A stretch of 64,000 nucleotides of DNA from Centroscyllium fabricii. Its lineage: Eukaryota. The notes under the pieces were generated by a model. It saw only the letters and a program-made list of their open reading frames with translations. It did no database searches and was not told the origin of the DNA. Numbering within the stretch: position 1 is the first letter of the stretch; each line of letters begins with the position of its first letter. Below, piece after piece: positions 61,426 to 64,000 of this stretch. The position numbers and the translations under genes are program-made. The stretch lies in NCBI GenBank assembly GCA_051313645.2, contig JBNRSN020000010.1, positions 36,146,001-36,210,000 of the forward strand, read 5' to 3'.

Positions 61426-62703
61426 GTATCTCAGCAAAGCGGTTTATGTTTGGAGCCAAATCCCACACTTGCAATCATAAATCTTTTAAATTATTTGAAG
61501 ATCAGACAAGACTTTGAAAAATCTTTATTTTTTTAAAAGAATTGATTTTTTTTTACTTGTGTTAATTCTACAAAGCAAGACTCTATTTGGTCTCTCCGAT
61601 GGCTTTGTGCATCAATGGTTGATGTGGTATCTTTTTATTCATTCTTGGGATGTGGGCATCACTGGCAAGGCCAACATTTATTGTCCATCCCTAATTGCCC
61701 TGAGAAGGTGCTGGTGAGCCGTCTCCTTGAACCGCTGCAGTCCGTGTGGTGAAAGTGCTCCCAAAATGGGAAGGAGTTCCAGGATTTTGACCCAGCGACA
61801 ATGAAGGATCGGCGATGTATATCCAAGTCAGGATGGTGCATGACTTGGAAGTGGTGGTGTTCCCATGCATCTGCAGCCCTTGTCCTTCTAAGTGGTGGCG
61901 GTCACGGGTTTGGGAGGTGTATAGAAATATATATATATGATCCAAATACCAGCGATACCTACCTGAGCAGATGGCAGTAGGGGACCTACAACTGGCTTCA
62001 ACCCCTGGATTAGGCAAGGAAGGGTTCAGCCAGAGTTTCTGGTCCTTATCACCATCCAGTGATCTCCTGCTGGATTAACGTATGCGGGGATTGCCTTGCA
62101 GGACAGGGTTGTACTCAGCTGTAGTTCCCCACTCCACCCAAGTCTCTGGAGGGGCCTTCTGACTCGGAGACAAGAGTGCTACCCAGTGAGCCACGACTGA
62201 CACATTATAAATATGGTAGTCATATAGTCGAATCATGGAAATCCATCCATTTTAAATGGGTTACCGTTGGCGTTAGGGTTGGCCGGCTGAGGTATGGCTG
62301 TGGTGACACTTGAAACAGTTTTCACAGAGTCACAGAGTTATACAGCAGAGAAAGAGGCCCTTCGGCCCATCATGTCCGCGCCGGCCATCAAGCCTCACAG
62401 AATATTCGGGATCAAAGGGTTGGAAGGTTCGGGAAGAAGGTTTTCCCACCTTCTTTCACAGCTATGGGTCATATGACAACCAAGGTGTTTAAGAATCACA
62501 TCTAACATTATTAATATTTGAACAGAGATGCGTGTTCTGTTTTCACTATAAGTGTGTGAGTGTGATCGCTGTTATTTATTTCACCTCTTGGAGGACCTAG
62601 ATTGTGTGCAATGATAGCCAACCTTGCCAAGTTCTCATTCGATCGCACCTGTTCATGTTTTGTTAATCTGCTGTTCATACAAACTTTTCAGGTGCAAAAA
62701 TAA

Positions 62704-62862
<159 letters not shown>

Positions 62863-63172
62863 TAGCCTTGGCGTGATTTTAATTGAAGCCACTTTAGAGA
62901 GGATGGAGTTACTGAACCCGCCAAGATCTCTGCGCTCCTACAATTCTGGCCTCTTGTCCATCGCTGATTTTCATCACTCCGCCACTGGCGGCCACGCCTT
63001 CACCTGTCTGGGCCCCGAGCTCAGGAACTCCCTCCCTAAACCTCTCCGCCTCTCTCTCCCCCTTTAAGACACTACTTAAAACCTACCGCTTTAAATAAGC
63101 TTTTGGTCACCTGTCCTAATATCTCCTTATGCAGCTCAGTGTCACATTTTGTCTGATAACGCTCCTGTGAAG

Positions 63173-64000
63173 TGTTAAGTCCGTGCTATGTGTCTCATAG
63201 AACAATGGACTCGACTCCAGGGTGTAAAACAAATAGGTGTTTATTCGTCAACTACATAGTATGGAACTGAGCATATCACTCCACGCACAAACTTATATAC
63301 ACTCATGGTAGACCGCAGTACTACAGTATTACGGCACTACACAAAGTAGTGCCCAGTATAATAACTTAAAGGCACATACACAACATTCCCCCCCTCTTAA
63401 TTTACTTTTACAGTTACAATGCTTCTGAATACGAGGGGTATAACAGTTAACGATTATTTATAAACAACAGTATATGTACATGTTCTTAGGTCTGTTTAAA
63501 GGTTCAGTCTCTGAGGGGGTCTCCGGTCTCTAGCCGGATACCGTCTTTCAATGACCGGTGTGGCAGTGGTCTTTGGTGACTCACAGGCCACGTCAACATC
63601 CGGTAGACAGTCCTCAAGTACCTCGTCTTCAGTTGTAGTGTCCTGGGAGGTCGTCCGTTCCATGGGTACTGTGGTCTGAGGCAACTCTTTAGTGGCTACC
63701 ATAGCCTTCATGATTTGGTCAGCGTGTTGCCGAATTTGCCCCGCTGGGGTGTCCACAGTGTAGGATAATGGCCCTTATCGGTGCTTGATAGTTCTGACCT
63801 GCCAATTATCGTTTCGATGGTCTCGGGCCATTACAGCTTGACCCTCTTCGAAGCTCCTGATTTCCCTGTCAGAAGCTCTTTGAAACACCCGATTTTCCAC
63901 CTCTCGTCTGATGTTGGGTTGTAACAGATCCAGTCTGTTGCGTAATCTCCTATTAAGAAACAAAACTGCAGGCGCTTGGTTAGTTATTGCGTGGGCAACG
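63173..64000 (-). mobile_element. 3' end of another Gypsy element (integrase C-terminus, PPT, 3' LTR 63173-63385), running off the window
   Basis: LRNRLDLLQP and RRYPARDRRPPQRLNL peptides, purine tract next to 63386, TG...CA LTR. Inserted in an L2 tail. Confidence 0.82.

Noticed and set aside
61426-61536. Extension of the 83-aa ORF beyond the exon
   Set aside because: Read-through past the GT donor at 61426. Family similarity ends at the splice site.

Overview
This is eukaryotic, repeat-saturated intronic DNA, most likely from a shark or other cartilaginous fish (HE1/V-SINEs, SacSINE1-type DeuSINEs, CR1, L2, Rex1/Babar and Penelope-like elements). The only host coding sequence found is three short in-frame + strand exons (36025-36087, 61276-61425, 62752-62835) encoding the N-terminal coiled coil of a PLEKHH1/PLEKHH2 (MAX-1 family) protein. 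The introns contain seven Gypsy LTR retrotransposons or fragments plus a solo LTR, several hAT and Harbinger-like MITEs, Penelope-derived hammerhead ribozyme motifs and three tandem arrays (23, 39 and 15 bp units), often nested. The most notable signal is in four sequence-divergent Mag-like Gypsy families (12520-17088, 25421-30438, 43660-44242, 53433-58440). None has a tRNA primer-binding site. Instead, the 12-14 nt after the 5' LTR are the exact reverse complement of the AATAAA/ATTAAA-containing segment of their own LTR, and both arms change together from family to family. This points to a conserved RNA hairpin for tRNA-independent self-priming and/or masking of the 5' poly(A) signal. All calls were made by eye. 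Family names come from recalled motifs rather than database searches, and ends of old repeats are approximate.
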